From assembly GCA_035691285.1 (NCBI GenBank), contig DASSJI010000034.1:12358-76357 (forward strand): 64,000 nt of DNA. The letters run 5' to 3'. Shown piece after piece: positions 17,694 to 30,543 of the stretch; position 1 is the first letter of the stretch; each line of letters opens with the position of its first letter. The translations under genes and the position numbers were made by a program. The notes beneath the pieces are model-generated. The model saw only the letters and a program-made list of their open reading frames with translations, did not search any database and was not told the origin of the DNA. Source of the stretch: Vicinamibacteria bacterium. Lineage in GTDB: Bacteria; Acidobacteriota; Vicinamibacteria; Fen-336.

Positions 17694-19549
17694 TGGACCT
17701 CCGCTTCCGCGAGGCGCGGCCGACCGCCGCCGAGCGCCGCGCCGTCGACGCCGTCCTCGGGCCGCCCAGCTCGGGCTGGGAGGGCGGGCGACGCCGGGCA
17801 GAGAGCGACGGCCGCGCCGCGAGCGCGGGCCACGATGCACGCGCCCGCCGCCACCTGCTGTTGCCCGCGCTCCACGCCGCCCAGGGCCGCGTCGGGTGGA
17901 TCAGCGAGGGCGCCCTCAACTACATCTGCCAGCGCCTGACGCTGCCGCCGGCCGAGGCGTACGGCGTGGCGTCGTTCTACGGGATGCTGAGCCTGGAGCG
18001 GCGCGCGCCGGCCGTGGCCCACGTCTGCGACGACCTCGTCTGCCGCCTGAACGGCGCGGAGGCCCTGTGCGGTCGGATGGAGCACGCGCTGGGGCCCGAG
18101 GGCGGGCGCGGGCGGGCCGGCGCGACGTGGGTGCGCAGCCCTTGCCTCGGGCTGTGCGAGCAGGCCCCGGCCGCGCTCGTCTCCCGGGCGGGGGCGCCGC
18201 CCGTCGAGACGGCCGTGGGCGGCGCGACCGCCGAGGGCCTCGTCGCGGCGCTCAGGAGCGAGGTCCAGCCCGCGCCGGCGAAGGCCCGCCTGCCGCAGCA
18301 CGGCGAGCCGGGCCTCCGGCTGCTGCGCCGCGTCGGACGCGTGGACCCCGAGAGCCTGGACGACTACCGGGCGCGGGACGGCTACCGGGCGCTGCGCGTC
18401 GCGCTCGATCTCGGCCCCGAGGGCGTGATCCGCGAGGTGACCGACTCCAGGCTCTTCGGGCGCGGCGGCGCCGCCTTTCCGACAGGACGCAAGTGGGACG
18501 CCGTCGCCAAGGCCCCGGTGCGCACCCACTACCTCGTGTGCAACGCCGACGAGTCCGAGCCGGGCACCTTCAAGGACCGCGTGCTGCTGGAGGAGGACCC
18601 GTTCGCGATCGTCGAGGCGATGACGATCGCGGCCTACGCGACGGGCTGCGAGAAGGGCTTCCTGTACGTGCGCGGCGAGTACCCTCTCGCCGCCCAGCGG
18701 CTCTCCCGCGCCGTCGCCGCCGCCCGGTCGCGCGGCTACCTCGGCGACGACGTGATGGGCCACGGCTTCCGCTTCGACATCGAGGTGCGCAGGGGAGCGG
18801 GCGCCTACATCTGCGGCGAGGAGACCGCGCTCTTCAACTCGATCGAGGGCTACCGCGGCGAGCCCCGCAACAAGCCGCCGTTCCCGACCGTGGCCGGCCT
18901 CTTCGGCAAGCCCACCGTGGTCAACAACGTCGAGACGCTGGCCAACGTCCTCGAAGTCATGCTGGCAGGGGGCCCGGCCTACGCGGGCAACGGAACCGCG
19001 CGCTCGACGGGCACCAAGCTCTTCTGCGTGACGGGGCATGTCGGACGGCCCGGCCTCTACGAGGTGCCCTTCGGCGTCTCCATGGCCGACCTGCTGGCGC
19101 GGGCCGGAGGCCTGCGCGAGGGCAGGAGCCTCAAGGCTGTGCTGCTGGGGGGCGCCGCGGGGACCTTCCTCACGCCCGACGAGACCCGCGTCCCGCTGAC
19201 GTTCGAGGACACCTGGGCGATCGGGGCGAGCCTCGGCTCGGGCGTGGTGCTGGCCCTGGACGAGAGCGCCGACCTGATGGACCTGTCGCTGCGCATCGCG
19301 GCGTTCTTCCGCCACGAGTCGTGCGGACAGTGCGTCCCGTGCCGCGTCGGCACCGTGCGGCAGGAGGAGGCTCTGCGCCGCATCGCCAGGGGCCGGCTCC
19401 TGGGCACCCCGAAGGACGAGGCCCGGCTGCTCGCCGACCTCGGCCAGGCCATGCGCGATGCCTCGATCTGCGGCCTGGGGCACACCGCGTCGAGCGCCGT
19501 GGCCTCGGCGGTCGCCAAGCTCGGCCTCCTCGACGGAGGGCGCCCGTGA
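17693..19549 (+). CDS. NAD-linked formate dehydrogenase beta subunit, fused NuoE-like (2Fe-2S) + NuoF-like (FMN/NAD, 4Fe-4S) protein
   Basis: ATG 17693 overlaps fdhA stop (TGATG); N-term NuoE motifs (LLPALHAAQ...YGVASFYGM...CLGLCEQAP), then NuoF motifs GRGGAAFPTGRKW, NADESEPGTFKDR, YICGEETALFNSIEG, ESCGQCVPCR. Confidence 0.85.
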   Translation: MDLRFREARPTAAERRAVDAVLGPPSSGWEGGRRRAESDGRAASAGHDARARRHLLLPALHAAQGRVGWISEGALNYICQRLTLPPAEAYGVASFYGMLSLERRAPAVAHVCDDLVCRLNGAEALCGRMEHALGPEGGRGRAGATWVRSPCLGLCEQAPAALVSRAGAPPVETAVGGATAEGLVAALRSEVQPAPAKARLPQHGEPGLRLLRRVGRVDPESLDDYRARDGYRALRVALDLGPEGVIREVTDSRLFGRGGAAFPTGRKWDAVAKAPVRTHYLVCNADESEPGTFKDRVLLEEDPFAIVEAMTIAAYATGCEKGFLYVRGEYPLAAQRLSRAVAAARSRGYLGDDVMGHGFRFDIEVRRGAGAYICGEETALFNSIEGYRGEPRNKPPFPTVAGLFGKPTVVNNVETLANVLEVMLAGGPAYAGNGTARSTGTKLFCVTGHVGRPGLYEVPFGVSMADLLARAGGLREGRSLKAVLLGGAAGTFLTPDETRVPLTFEDTWAIGASLGSGVVLALDESADLMDLSLRIAAFFRHESCGQCVPCRVGTVRQEEALRRIARGRLLGTPKDEARLLADLGQAMRDASICGLGHTASSAVASAVAKLGLLDGGRP

Positions 19550-20409
19550 GCGAGGGGCACGCGCGCCGCCCCGTCGAGATCACGATCGACGGCCGTCCGG
19601 TGACCGTCGCCGAGGGCACGACGCTGCTCGAGGCCTGCCGCGCCCAGGGCATCGACACGCCCACGCTCTGCTTCCTGGAGAACCTGACGCCGGTGAACGT
19701 GTGCCGCGTGTGCGTCGTGGAGGTGGAGGGATCCCGCACCCTCGTGCCCGCGTGCTCGCGCGTCGCCGAGCCGGGCATGCGGGTGAGGACCGACTCCGAG
19801 CGCGTGCGCCACTCCCGCCGCCTGGTGCTGGAGCTCCTGGCCTCGTCGGTGGACCTCTCCACGGCGCCCGAGGCCCGGGCGTACCTGGCGCGCTACGAGG
19901 CCAGGCCCGAGCGCTTCGGCTCCGAGGCCGCCACGGTGCGCCAGCCGGCGAAGGTCGACAACGAGCTCTACGTCCGCGACTACTCGAAGTGCATCCTCTG
20001 CTACAAGTGCGTCGAAGCCTGCGGCGAGGACGCGCAGAACACCTTCGCGATCGCCGTGGCCGGGCGCGGCTTCGGCGCGGGCATCTCCACCGAGTTCGGG
20101 ACGCCGCTGCCCGACTCCGCGTGCGTCTACTGCGGCAACTGCATCGGCGTGTGCCCGACCGGCGCGCTCATGTTCAAGAGCGAGCACGACCTGCGCCGGG
20201 CGGGGCGCTGGGACGAGTCGCGCCAGACCCGGACCACGACGATCTGCGCCTATTGCGGCGTCGGCTGCAACCTCACGCTCCACGTCCAGGACAACCGGAT
20301 CGTGAAGGTCACCTCGCCCCTCGACCACGACGTCACGAACGGCCACCTGTGCATCAAGGGCCGCTTCGGCTGGCAGTTCGTCCAGAGCCGCGACGACGAC
20401 GACGTCTAG
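19546..20409 (+). CDS. formate dehydrogenase alpha-subunit N-terminal Fe-S fragment (NuoG-like 2Fe-2S + 4Fe-4S domains plus first Cys cluster of the Mo domain)
   Basis: GTG 19546 overlaps stop of previous gene (GTGA); 2Fe-2S ferredoxin-like CxxC..C, CILCYKCVEAC and CVYCGNCIGVCP ferredoxin motifs, and CAYCGVGCNL...LCIKGRFG which is the start of the bis-MGD domain; protein ends where fdhA (15768) begins in alignment to FdhF. Confidence 0.8.
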   Translation: MSEGHARRPVEITIDGRPVTVAEGTTLLEACRAQGIDTPTLCFLENLTPVNVCRVCVVEVEGSRTLVPACSRVAEPGMRVRTDSERVRHSRRLVLELLASSVDLSTAPEARAYLARYEARPERFGSEAATVRQPAKVDNELYVRDYSKCILCYKCVEACGEDAQNTFAIAVAGRGFGAGISTEFGTPLPDSACVYCGNCIGVCPTGALMFKSEHDLRRAGRWDESRQTRTTTICAYCGVGCNLTLHVQDNRIVKVTSPLDHDVTNGHLCIKGRFGWQFVQSRDDDDV

Positions 20410-20410
20410 G

Positions 20411-20776
20411 CTAGACCGGCTGCGCCTGCTCCACAGGCGTCACCGCGGCCTGGTCCTCCTCGCCGGTGCGGATGCGGTAGACCTTCTCGACGGGCAGCAC
20501 GAAGATCTTGCCGTCGCCGACATCCCCGGTGCGGGCCGCGGCCAGGATCGCCTCGACGGTCGGCGCGACGAAGTGGTCCGAGACGCCGATCTCGAGGCGC
20601 ACCTTCTCGGACAGCTCCATCTTCACGCTGGTGCCGCGGTAGGTCTCGACGCGCTCGGTCTCGCCGCCGTGGCCCTGGACGCGGTTGATGGTCAGCCCGC
20701 GGACCTCGGCGCGAAACAGCGCCTCCAGGACCTCGCCCAGCTTCTCCGGGCGGACGACCGCCACCACGAGCTTCAT
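20411..20776 (-). CDS. glnK: P-II family nitrogen regulatory protein
   Basis: 121 aa MKLVVAVVRPEKLGEVLEALFRAEVRGLTINRVQGHGG...; P-II fold pattern; 4-nt overlap with upstream amt gene. Confidence 0.8.
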   Translation of the reverse strand: MKLVVAVVRPEKLGEVLEALFRAEVRGLTINRVQGHGGETERVETYRGTSVKMELSEKVRLEIGVSDHFVAPTVEAILAAARTGDVGDGKIFVLPVEKVYRIRTGEEDQAAVTPVEQAQPV

Positions 20777-22059
20777 GCGCGGCCTCCCTCCATGGCCGGG
20801 CTCGCGACCGGCGCCGGCCCTGACGCCTCGGCCTCGGGCAGGATCAGGATCGCGCCCTCCTCGCGCGCGTAGGCCTCCTCACCGTGCTGGCTCACGTCGA
20901 GGCCGAGGCCCTCCTCGCGCGGCGAGGCGCGCAGCGCCGTCCCGAGCGCGATGAGCCGGAGCAGCACGAACGTCATGCCGGCGCTCCACGCGGCGGCGAC
21001 TGCCACGGCCAGGAGCTGTACGGCGAGCTGGCGGGCGCCGCCGTACAGGAGGCCGTCGGCGGGACTGGCCCACGCCTTCGACGCGAACACGCCGGTGAGC
21101 AGGGCGCCGAGCGTGCCCCCGAGGCCGTGAGCCGCCACCACGTCCAGCGAGTCGTCGAGGCGGGTGCGGGCGCGGAGCAGCAGGCCGAAATAGCTGGGCA
21201 GCGCCGCCAGGGCGCCCAGGGCGAGGGCGAGGAGCGGGCTCACGTAGCCGGCCGCCGGCGTCACCGCCACGAGACCCACCACGATGGCCGTGGCGGCGCC
21301 CACCGCGGTCACGCGGCCGCTTCGCGAGAAGTCGAGGAGCGTCCACGCCACGAGCGTCGCGGCGGGAGCGAGCAGGGTGTTGGCGAAGGCGAGGGCGGCC
21401 TGGCCGTTCGCGGCGAGGGCGCTGCCGGCGTTGAAACCGAACCAGCCGAACCACAGCAGCCCGGCGCCGAGAACCACGAACGGGACGTTGTGGGGGAGCA
21501 CCGCCTGCCGGGCGTAGTCCTTGCGGGGACCCACGACCAGGGCCGACACCAGCGCCGCGGCGGCGGCGTTCACGTGCACCACCGTCCCGCCGGCGAAGTC
21601 GAGGGCGCCGAGCCGGGCCAGGAAGCCGTCGCCCCACACCCAGTGGGCGAGCGGCGCGTAGACGAGCAGGCTCCAGCCCGTGACGAACGCGAGGTACGCG
21701 CCGAAGCGCATGCGCTCGACGATCGCGCCCGAGACGAGCGCGGCCGTGACGATCGCGAACGTCGCCTGGAAGGCGAAGAAGGCCAGAGCCGGAACGCTGC
21801 CCCGCGCCTCCATGCCCACGCCGCGGAGCAGCGCGTGGCCGAGGCCGCCGCTCAGGACGGAGCCCGGGGCGAACGCGAGCGAATAGCCCAGGAGCGCCCA
21901 GGCGAGGCCCACGCAGCCGGCCGCCGACACGCTCATCATCAGCGTGTTCAGGGCGTTCTTGGAGCGCACGAGACCGCCGTAGAAGAAGCCCAGGGCCGGC
22001 GTCATCAACAGCACCAGCGCGGCCGAGGTCAGGACGAACGCGGTGTCGCACCCACTCAT
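20773..22059 (-). CDS. amtB: ammonium transporter (Amt family)
   Basis: 428 aa, 11-TM Amt signature (MSGCDTAFVLTSAALVLLMTPALGFFYGGLVRSKN...); amt-glnK operon arrangement. Confidence 0.9.
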   Translation of the reverse strand: MSGCDTAFVLTSAALVLLMTPALGFFYGGLVRSKNALNTLMMSVSAAGCVGLAWALLGYSLAFAPGSVLSGGLGHALLRGVGMEARGSVPALAFFAFQATFAIVTAALVSGAIVERMRFGAYLAFVTGWSLLVYAPLAHWVWGDGFLARLGALDFAGGTVVHVNAAAAALVSALVVGPRKDYARQAVLPHNVPFVVLGAGLLWFGWFGFNAGSALAANGQAALAFANTLLAPAATLVAWTLLDFSRSGRVTAVGAATAIVVGLVAVTPAAGYVSPLLALALGALAALPSYFGLLLRARTRLDDSLDVVAAHGLGGTLGALLTGVFASKAWASPADGLLYGGARQLAVQLLAVAVAAAWSAGMTFVLLRLIALGTALRASPREEGLGLDVSQHGEEAYAREEGAILILPEAEASGPAPVASPAMEGGRA

Positions 22060-22231
22060 GGCACCTCCTGGCCTCCCGTGACAGCAATTCGCGTGCGCAC
22101 GCTTCCTCGCGACGACCCGTGTGCCCCAATCTCCTGAGCCGTCTCAGGTTGGCGGCGCGGTGGCGGCGCGATCGGCCGCCTCCGGGTCCGACAGGAATGT
22201 CGGAGCGCGGGGCGGGAGCGACGGGGCTGTT

Positions 22232-23767
<1,536 letters not shown>

Positions 23768-23785
23768 GGCTCGGACGCCTGCTAG

Positions 23786-23814
23786 ATCCTACAAAATTGT
23801 CGGATGTTGATCAA
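23786..23814 (-). promoter_or_regulatory. candidate sigma70-type promoter for the NifA-like regulator (TTGATC-N17-TAGGAT) in an AT-rich island
   Basis: Minus strand reads TTGATCaacatccgacaattttgTAGGATctagcaggcgtccgagccATG; conspicuous local AT-richness in a ~73% GC genome; very short leader. Confidence 0.3.
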
Positions 23815-23944
23815 CGGGGCACGTCGGTGTCGCTGACGGCCGACCATGGAGCGGACCAGGGCGTTGCCGTCCGGCAGCGGACCCGGCGTGGGCGTCTTCC
23901 TGGCCGCCCCGCGAGGAGCGCGAGCGCCACGAGCGCGACGCGCA

Positions 23945-25528
23945 TCAGAACGGGAGCTGGACCCGGAAGAGCGTGCGCGTCTTGTCGGCCAGGGCGTCGT
24001 CCAGGGGGCGGGCGAGCTCGAGGCGCAGGAAGGCGCCGCCCGTCGCGGGCCAGCGCAGGCCCGCACCGATGCCGCTCTTGAAGCCTTTGCCGGGAGCGCC
24101 CTCGCTCCACACCTCGCCGCCATCGTAGAACGCCACGAGGCGAGGCAGGCCATGGCCCGGGTCGAAGCCGTACTCGGCGGTGAGCAGCAGGAAATCCTCG
24201 CCCTCGAACGCGGCGTACGGATGGCCGCGCAGGGAGCCCACGCCCCCCAGCACGAAGCGCTTCTGGGCAGGCAGCCGGTCGTCGCCCAGGCCGAGGAGCA
24301 GGCGGCCGTCGAGCAGGTGGCGCGTGCCGAGGAAGCGGCGGGCGCGCAGCGCGCCGACGAGGCGCGTGAAGCTGAAGCTTCCTCCCAGGGCGTCCGCATC
24401 GGCGATCTCGAGGCTCACCTCGACGCGCAGCGCCTGCGGCGCCTCCGTCGCGCTCCCGTAGAGGCTGCGGAGCAGGAAGCTCTCGCGCTCGTGTGCGGCC
24501 TCGTCGAACAGCGCCCCGCCGGCCTCGTAGCGCAGCGTCCCGATCAGCGAGTGCATGCGGCCCTCGTCCACCGCCGGGTTCGGCTCTTCGGCGTCGGTGA
24601 CGACCGGCAGGCTCGCGTAGCGGTCGCTCCTGAAGCTGATCCCGAGATGGAAGCGGCTTCCGCGCAGGAACGCGAACGCCTCGTCGCCGCGCCGGCCGTA
24701 GTAGCGGCTGTAGGTGTCCGTCCAGATCGCCTCGCCCCAGGCCTCGTCCGTGCCCGTCCCGCGCCAGACGTCGTCGCTGTCCGTGATGTCGTGATGCTCG
24801 TAGCCCAGCACCAGGCGGTCGCCCCCGAAGAAGGGACGCTGCACCCCGGCATGCCAGCGCCACGCGTCGGGGCCCGTGGCGTAGGCAGCTCGCCCGTAGA
24901 GGCGGGTGTGGTTGTAGTGGCTGCGGTCGAAGAGCGTGAGCTCGACGCCCAGGGGCTGCGTCCAGTCGTCGACGCGGTTCTTTCGTCCCGCCCCGGCGAA
25001 GGCCGCGATGGAGAGACCGGCCTCGGCCGATCGCGAGCGCGGCTCGAGCACGAGGCACGCCCCGCCCTCCCCCTCCTCGACGCGGAAGCCGCCGCGGACC
25101 AGCGCTCCCCCCGAGGCCTCCTCCAGGCGGTCGAACGCGGCCCACACGTCGCCTTCACGCAGGACGCGGCCCGCCTCGAGGTCGGCGATCCGGACCGCGC
25201 GAGACGCCGCACCCGGCGAGAGGCCCTCGGCCCGGACCTCGGCCAGGCGGCCCTCGTCCACGTCCAGCCTCAGCGTGCCGGTTCCCGCGTCGAACGCGCC
25301 GCGCACGCGCGCGGCGGGGAACCCGTCGATGCGGTAGCGCCGCTCGAGGGTCTCGGCCACGGCCTCGGCGCTGCGCAGCAGCGGCGAGCCCGCCGAAAGC
25401 CGAAGGATGCCCTCGACCTGGGACTGCGTGTATGCGCTTACGCCGGCGGTTTCGACCTGACGGATTCGGGGAGCCTCGTCGGCAGCGGCAAGCGCCGCGA
25501 AGATCAGCGGCGCGAGGAGGACGCGCAC
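23945..25528 (-). CDS. outer-membrane beta-barrel protein, Omp85/TpsB-like (POTRA-like N-terminus, C-terminal Phe)
   Basis: Signal peptide MRVLLAPLIFAALAAA; alternating beta-strand pattern over C-terminal ~300 aa ending ...LFRVQLPF (aromatic C-terminus typical of OMPs). Confidence 0.55.
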   Translation of the reverse strand: MRVLLAPLIFAALAAADEAPRIRQVETAGVSAYTQSQVEGILRLSAGSPLLRSAEAVAETLERRYRIDGFPAARVRGAFDAGTGTLRLDVDEGRLAEVRAEGLSPGAASRAVRIADLEAGRVLREGDVWAAFDRLEEASGGALVRGGFRVEEGEGGACLVLEPRSRSAEAGLSIAAFAGAGRKNRVDDWTQPLGVELTLFDRSHYNHTRLYGRAAYATGPDAWRWHAGVQRPFFGGDRLVLGYEHHDITDSDDVWRGTGTDEAWGEAIWTDTYSRYYGRRGDEAFAFLRGSRFHLGISFRSDRYASLPVVTDAEEPNPAVDEGRMHSLIGTLRYEAGGALFDEAAHERESFLLRSLYGSATEAPQALRVEVSLEIADADALGGSFSFTRLVGALRARRFLGTRHLLDGRLLLGLGDDRLPAQKRFVLGGVGSLRGHPYAAFEGEDFLLLTAEYGFDPGHGLPRLVAFYDGGEVWSEGAPGKGFKSGIGAGLRWPATGGAFLRLELARPLDDALADKTRTLFRVQLPF

Positions 25529-25537
25529 CCCGGCATC

Positions 25538-26689
<1,152 letters not shown>

Positions 26690-26769
26690 GGGATCAGCGT
26701 TCCGTTTCCAGAGGGAGTCCTTGAGGATAAGATAGTCGAGCCGCGGGTTTCAAGTCCCGAGGCGCAACG

Positions 26770-27459
26770 ATGCTCGCCCTCCTTCTCGCCCTCCTCCTCG
26801 GCGGCGCCGACGTGACCTTCGAGCAGACGACGGTCGTGCAGGCGCCCGGCGCGCCGCCGGGCCCCGGGGTGAAGACCCGCGTCCGCTACTCGGGCCAGCG
26901 GATGCGCCTCGAAAGCGGCGAGGGCGAGGGACCGGCGTTCGTGCTGCGCCTCGACGACCAGAGAGCCTTCCGGCTCGACCCGGCCCGGCGCACGGCGCTG
27001 GTGCTGGACGTGGGGCGGCTGCGCGCCCGCGCCCAGGGCGACGTGGCGATGGCCGGCGACCTGATGGGCGCCCGCGACGCACGGCCGCGCACCAGGCCGC
27101 TGGCCAAGCCGCTGGACGTCGCGGGCTACGCGTGTCAGGGCTACCGGATCACGGCGGGACCGACGACCCTGGACGTCTACGTCACCGAGGCGCTGCCCGT
27201 GGGCATGGAGCGCTTCGCGGCCCTGCTCGAGTGGACGGGGGCCGACGCCTCGCTCGGCCCGCTCGCCGAGGCGCTGCGCGCCCTCAAGGGCTTCCCGCTC
27301 GAGACGCGCTCGCGGGTCGTGGTCCTGGGCGAGGCCCAGGAGACGCACACGACGGTGACACGGGTCGTGGTCGGTCCGGTCCCGCCGGCCCTCTTCGAGG
27401 TGCCGCCGGGCTACGCCGTCGCATACGAGGACGCGAACGATAGGGAGGGTCGGCGATGA
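26770..27459 (+). CDS. hypothetical secreted protein
   Basis: Signal peptide MLALLLALLLGGADV; normal codon usage; no recognised motif. Confidence 0.5.
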   Translation: MLALLLALLLGGADVTFEQTTVVQAPGAPPGPGVKTRVRYSGQRMRLESGEGEGPAFVLRLDDQRAFRLDPARRTALVLDVGRLRARAQGDVAMAGDLMGARDARPRTRPLAKPLDVAGYACQGYRITAGPTTLDVYVTEALPVGMERFAALLEWTGADASLGPLAEALRALKGFPLETRSRVVVLGEAQETHTTVTRVVVGPVPPALFEVPPGYAVAYEDANDREGRR

Positions 27460-27812
27460 GGCTGCTCCTGGGCATCGTCGGAAACGCCGTCGCCCTGCTC
27501 GCCACCACCATCGTGCCGGGCATCCACTTCAGCGGGAGCTGGCTGACGCTCCTGCTCGCGGGCGTCGTGTTCGGCCTGTTCAACCTGATCGTGCGCCCGA
27601 TCGCGCTCTTCCTTTCCCTTCCCGCGCTGGTCCTGACCCTCGGCCTCTTCTACTTCGTGCTCAACGGGATCCTCTTGTGGCTGGCCGGCAAGGTCGTGCC
27701 CGGCTACGACGTCTCGGGCATCCTCGCGGGCATGCTGGGAGCGATCGTGCTTTCCATCGCGAACTGGGCGTTCCACGCGGTCTTCGGGCCCGCAAGGCGG
27801 AGCGACGAGTAG
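27456..27812 (+). CDS. phage-holin-family / DUF360 small membrane protein
   Basis: 118 aa, 4 TM segments, pattern typical of PF04020 (holin superfamily IV-like); start overlaps previous stop (ATGA). Confidence 0.55.
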   Translation: MRLLLGIVGNAVALLATTIVPGIHFSGSWLTLLLAGVVFGLFNLIVRPIALFLSLPALVLTLGLFYFVLNGILLWLAGKVVPGYDVSGILAGMLGAIVLSIANWAFHAVFGPARRSDE

Positions 27813-27823
27813 CGCTTCGGACC

Positions 27824-28818
<995 letters not shown>

Positions 28819-28822
<4 letters not shown>

Positions 28823-29535
28823 GCGAGCGCGTTCTCCTTGAGGATGGCGAGCACGTCCTCGGGGCCACGGGCGCGCAACAGGATCCCCATGTCCTTGGCG
28901 CGGACCTTGTCGCGGGCCACGGCCGTCCTCTGGAGCCAGTCCACGAGGCCGTCCCAGTAACCATCATCGGAGACCAGGATCACCGGAAACGGCTCGATCT
29001 TCGTGGTCTGGATCAGCGTCACGGCCTCGAAGAGCTCGTCGAGTGTGCCGAAGCCGCCCGGCATGATGACGAAGGCTCGGCTGTACTTCACGAACATGAC
29101 CTTGCGCACGAAGAAGTAGCGGAAGGTCACGACCTTCGTCAGGTACGCGTTGGGGCGGGGCTCGTACGGGAGCTCGATGGCGAGGCCGACGGACGCTCCG
29201 CCGGCCTCCAGGGCGCCCTTGTTCGCCGCCTCCATGTCCCCGGGCCCGCCCCCGGTGATCACGGTACAGCCCGCCTCGGCCAGGGCACGCCCCATGCGCT
29301 CCGCTCGCGCGTAATCGGGGGAGCCGGGCTTCGTCCGGGCGGAGCCGAAGACGCCCACGCCGCGCTGTATCTGCGCCAGCGTTTCGAAGCCGTCCACGAA
29401 CTCGCCCATGATCCGAAACATCCGCCAGCTGTCGCGGGCGGACAGCTCGACTTCGAGCATGGGATCGCGGGTCTCGGGCAAGCCGTTTTCCTTCAAGGGG
29501 TTGCAATCGTATCGGATCCGGGGCGGGACCGCCAC
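28819..29535 (-). CDS. LOG family protein (cytokinin riboside 5'-monophosphate phosphoribohydrolase / TIGR00730)
   Basis: GVFGSARTKPG...VITGGGPGDMEAAN...PGGFGTLDELFE motifs; GTG start at 29535 (alternative ATG at 29460); overlaps IDH start by 4 nt. Confidence 0.8.
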
Positions 29536-29583
29536 CTGGAACCTAGGCCCGCCTTCGGGCGTTACCGGAACGACGCGACTTCA

Positions 29584-29961
29584 ATGCGGACCTCCCTGCT
29601 CGCCCGCGCCGCGATCCTGACGCTCGCCGTCGCCCTGGAGGCCTGCTTCGTCGACACGCGGACGACGAACGACGCGGCGGCGGCGTTCGCGAAAGCTCGG
29701 GCCGAGGCGGCCGAGGTCCAGGGCAAGCCGGGTCGGCCGGGCAAGCTGAAGGCGCTGGTGTTCGAGCCCGAGAAGCGCGAACTGACCGAGATCTCGGTGC
29801 CCATGTGGCTCTGGCGGAAGGTAGGCAAGGACGTGGACTTCGGGGACGGCGCAGAGATGGCCGAGGCGCTCCGGCCGGACGCCCTCGACCGCGCGGGCCG
29901 CGGCCTGCTCCTCGAGGTCGTCGAGGAGGACGGCGGCCAGGTCCTCGTCTGGCTGCGCTAG
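29584..29961 (+). CDS. hypothetical lipoprotein
   Basis: Signal peptide with lipobox LAVALEAC; 125 aa. Confidence 0.5.
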   Translation: MRTSLLARAAILTLAVALEACFVDTRTTNDAAAAFAKARAEAAEVQGKPGRPGKLKALVFEPEKRELTEISVPMWLWRKVGKDVDFGDGAEMAEALRPDALDRAGRGLLLEVVEEDGGQVLVWLR

Positions 29962-29964
29962 GGT

Positions 29965-30543
29965 GTGTGGTCCAATGCCGCGGTGGATGTCCCGGACGGC
30001 GAGCTCATGCGGCGCCTGGCGCGCGGCGAGCGCGACGCGCTTCGGCCCCTCATGGAGCGCCATCACCGGCGCGTGTATCGGATCGCGCTGGCCTACCTCC
30101 GGAATCCCGACGACGCGCTGGACGTGGTGCAGGAGACGTTCGTGAGGGCCTTCGAGCACGCCGGCCGCTGGCACTCCGGAACGGAGGTGGGCCCGTGGCT
30201 CACCCGGATCGCCGTCAACCAGGCGATCGACCGCTACCGCCGCGAGAAGCGGCGGCGCGAGACCATGGAGCCGCTCGAGCCGGGCGACCACCAGGAGCGC
30301 CTCGGCGACGGCGCCGCGTCGCCCGAACAGCAGGCCCACGGCCGCGAGCTGGGAGCGCGCATCGCCCGCGCCCTCAAGGCGCTGCCCGAGCGGCAGCGGG
30401 CGGTCTTCGTCCTGAGGCATTATGAGGAGCGGAGCCTCGAGGAGATCGCCTCGGCCCTCGGGATCCGCCTCGGCACCGTGAAGAGCAGCCTGCATCGCGC
30501 CACCCACGAGCTGCGCCGCCGCCTGCAGGGGGTGTGGGCATGA
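29965..30543 (+). CDS. ECF (sigma-70 family group IV) RNA polymerase sigma factor
   Basis: Region 2 (YRIALAYLRNPDDALDVVQETFVRAF) and region 4 (LPERQRAVFVLRHYEERSLEEIASALGIRLGTVKSSLHRA) signatures; GTG 29965 or ATG 30007 start. Confidence 0.85.
   Translation: MWSNAAVDVPDGELMRRLARGERDALRPLMERHHRRVYRIALAYLRNPDDALDVVQETFVRAFEHAGRWHSGTEVGPWLTRIAVNQAIDRYRREKRRRETMEPLEPGDHQERLGDGAASPEQQAHGRELGARIARALKALPERQRAVFVLRHYEERSLEEIASALGIRLGTVKSSLHRATHELRRRLQGVWA

Noticed and set aside
22060-22231. Possible sigma-54 promoter upstream of amtB (GCGCAC-GCGAA-TTGCT on minus strand)
   Set aside because: -12 element and spacing fit, but the invariant -24 GG is CG, so it is not callable from sequence alone.
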